From Rhina ancylostomus (taxonomy: Eukaryota), in the NCBI GenBank assembly GCA_030265395.1, contig JARFYF010000036.1, positions 18,470,943 to 18,534,942 of the forward strand: a DNA stretch of 64,000 nt, written 5' to 3'. Shown here in pieces: positions 63,476 to 64,000 of the stretch; position 1 is the stretch's first letter, and every line of letters starts with the position of its first letter. The notes below the pieces were generated by a model. That model made no database searches. It was not told where the DNA came from and was given only the letters and a program-made list of their open reading frames with translations. The translations under genes and the position numbers were made by a program.

Positions 63476-63691
63476 ACACAATATTTCAGGATTGTTTATT
63501 GTTCAGTGAGATCTTTCTGTCCTTCAGTGATAAAACCAAGCATTGAACTTTTGACATTCACCTGTGGAAGTGGTGGGGAATTTAGGATGCCTTTGACAAC
63601 AGCTGTTCTCCATTGTGGGTTTACTAAATTTGGACTCCCCATGGATTCTAGCACTTCAGCACTGGACCTATATCATTTTAAACCTGGCACC

Positions 63692-63934
63692 AGATGATAG
63701 GGTCAATGCACACAGTCTTTTTCCCAGGGTTGGGGAATCGAGATCTAGAGGGCATAGGTTTAAGGTGACGGGGAGAGATTTCATAGGACCTGAGGAGCAA
63801 CCTTTTCATCCAGAGGGTGGTTAGTACATGGAATGAGCTGCCAGAGGAGGTGGTTGAGGTGGGTATAGTAACAACATTTAAGAGTTACTTGGACAGGTAC
63901 ATGGATAGGAAAGGTTTAGAGGGATATGGGCCAA
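63692..63934 (+). mobile_element. CR1 3' fragment
   Basis: DRVNAHSLFPRVGESRSRGHRFKV...; cagagggtggttagtacatggaatgagctgccagaggaggtgg. Confidence 0.88.
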
Positions 63935-64000
63935 GATTTCAATAGACACACCAGAAAACTTCATTCTTGCCATATACTTATCTTAACATTTGGTCCTTTA

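Noticed and set aside
1-64000. CRISPR arrays, operons, tRNA/rRNA genes or endogenous viral genes
   Set aside because: No regularly spaced repeat-spacer array or long intact ORF was seen; tRNA-like boxes occur only as SINE heads.

Overview
AT-rich, CpG-depleted vertebrate DNA with many scaffold N-gaps. The repeat repertoire points to a cartilaginous fish, probably a ray or other batoid (inferred from the repeat families only). I could not identify any host protein-coding exon, rRNA or tRNA gene, so the window looks like deep intron or gene desert. The ORF track is almost entirely transposon remnants or chance ORFs. Recognisable content: CR1 and L2/CR1-group LINE fragments, a Rex1/Babar LINE, an RTE 3' end, Penelope-like elements (GIY-YIG/RT remnants and many inverted pLTR foldback insertions with minimal hammerhead-ribozyme motifs), V-SINEs and Deu-SINEs, a Gypsy integrase fossil, a Harbinger Myb/SANT gene fossil, and a 385-bp LTR family present at three loci. 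The most unusual structure is at 25463-26077: two diverged copies of that LTR in inverted orientation, bounded as one unit by a perfect 5-bp target-site duplication. Family assignments come from recognising motifs by eye, not from database searches, and most boundaries are approximate.
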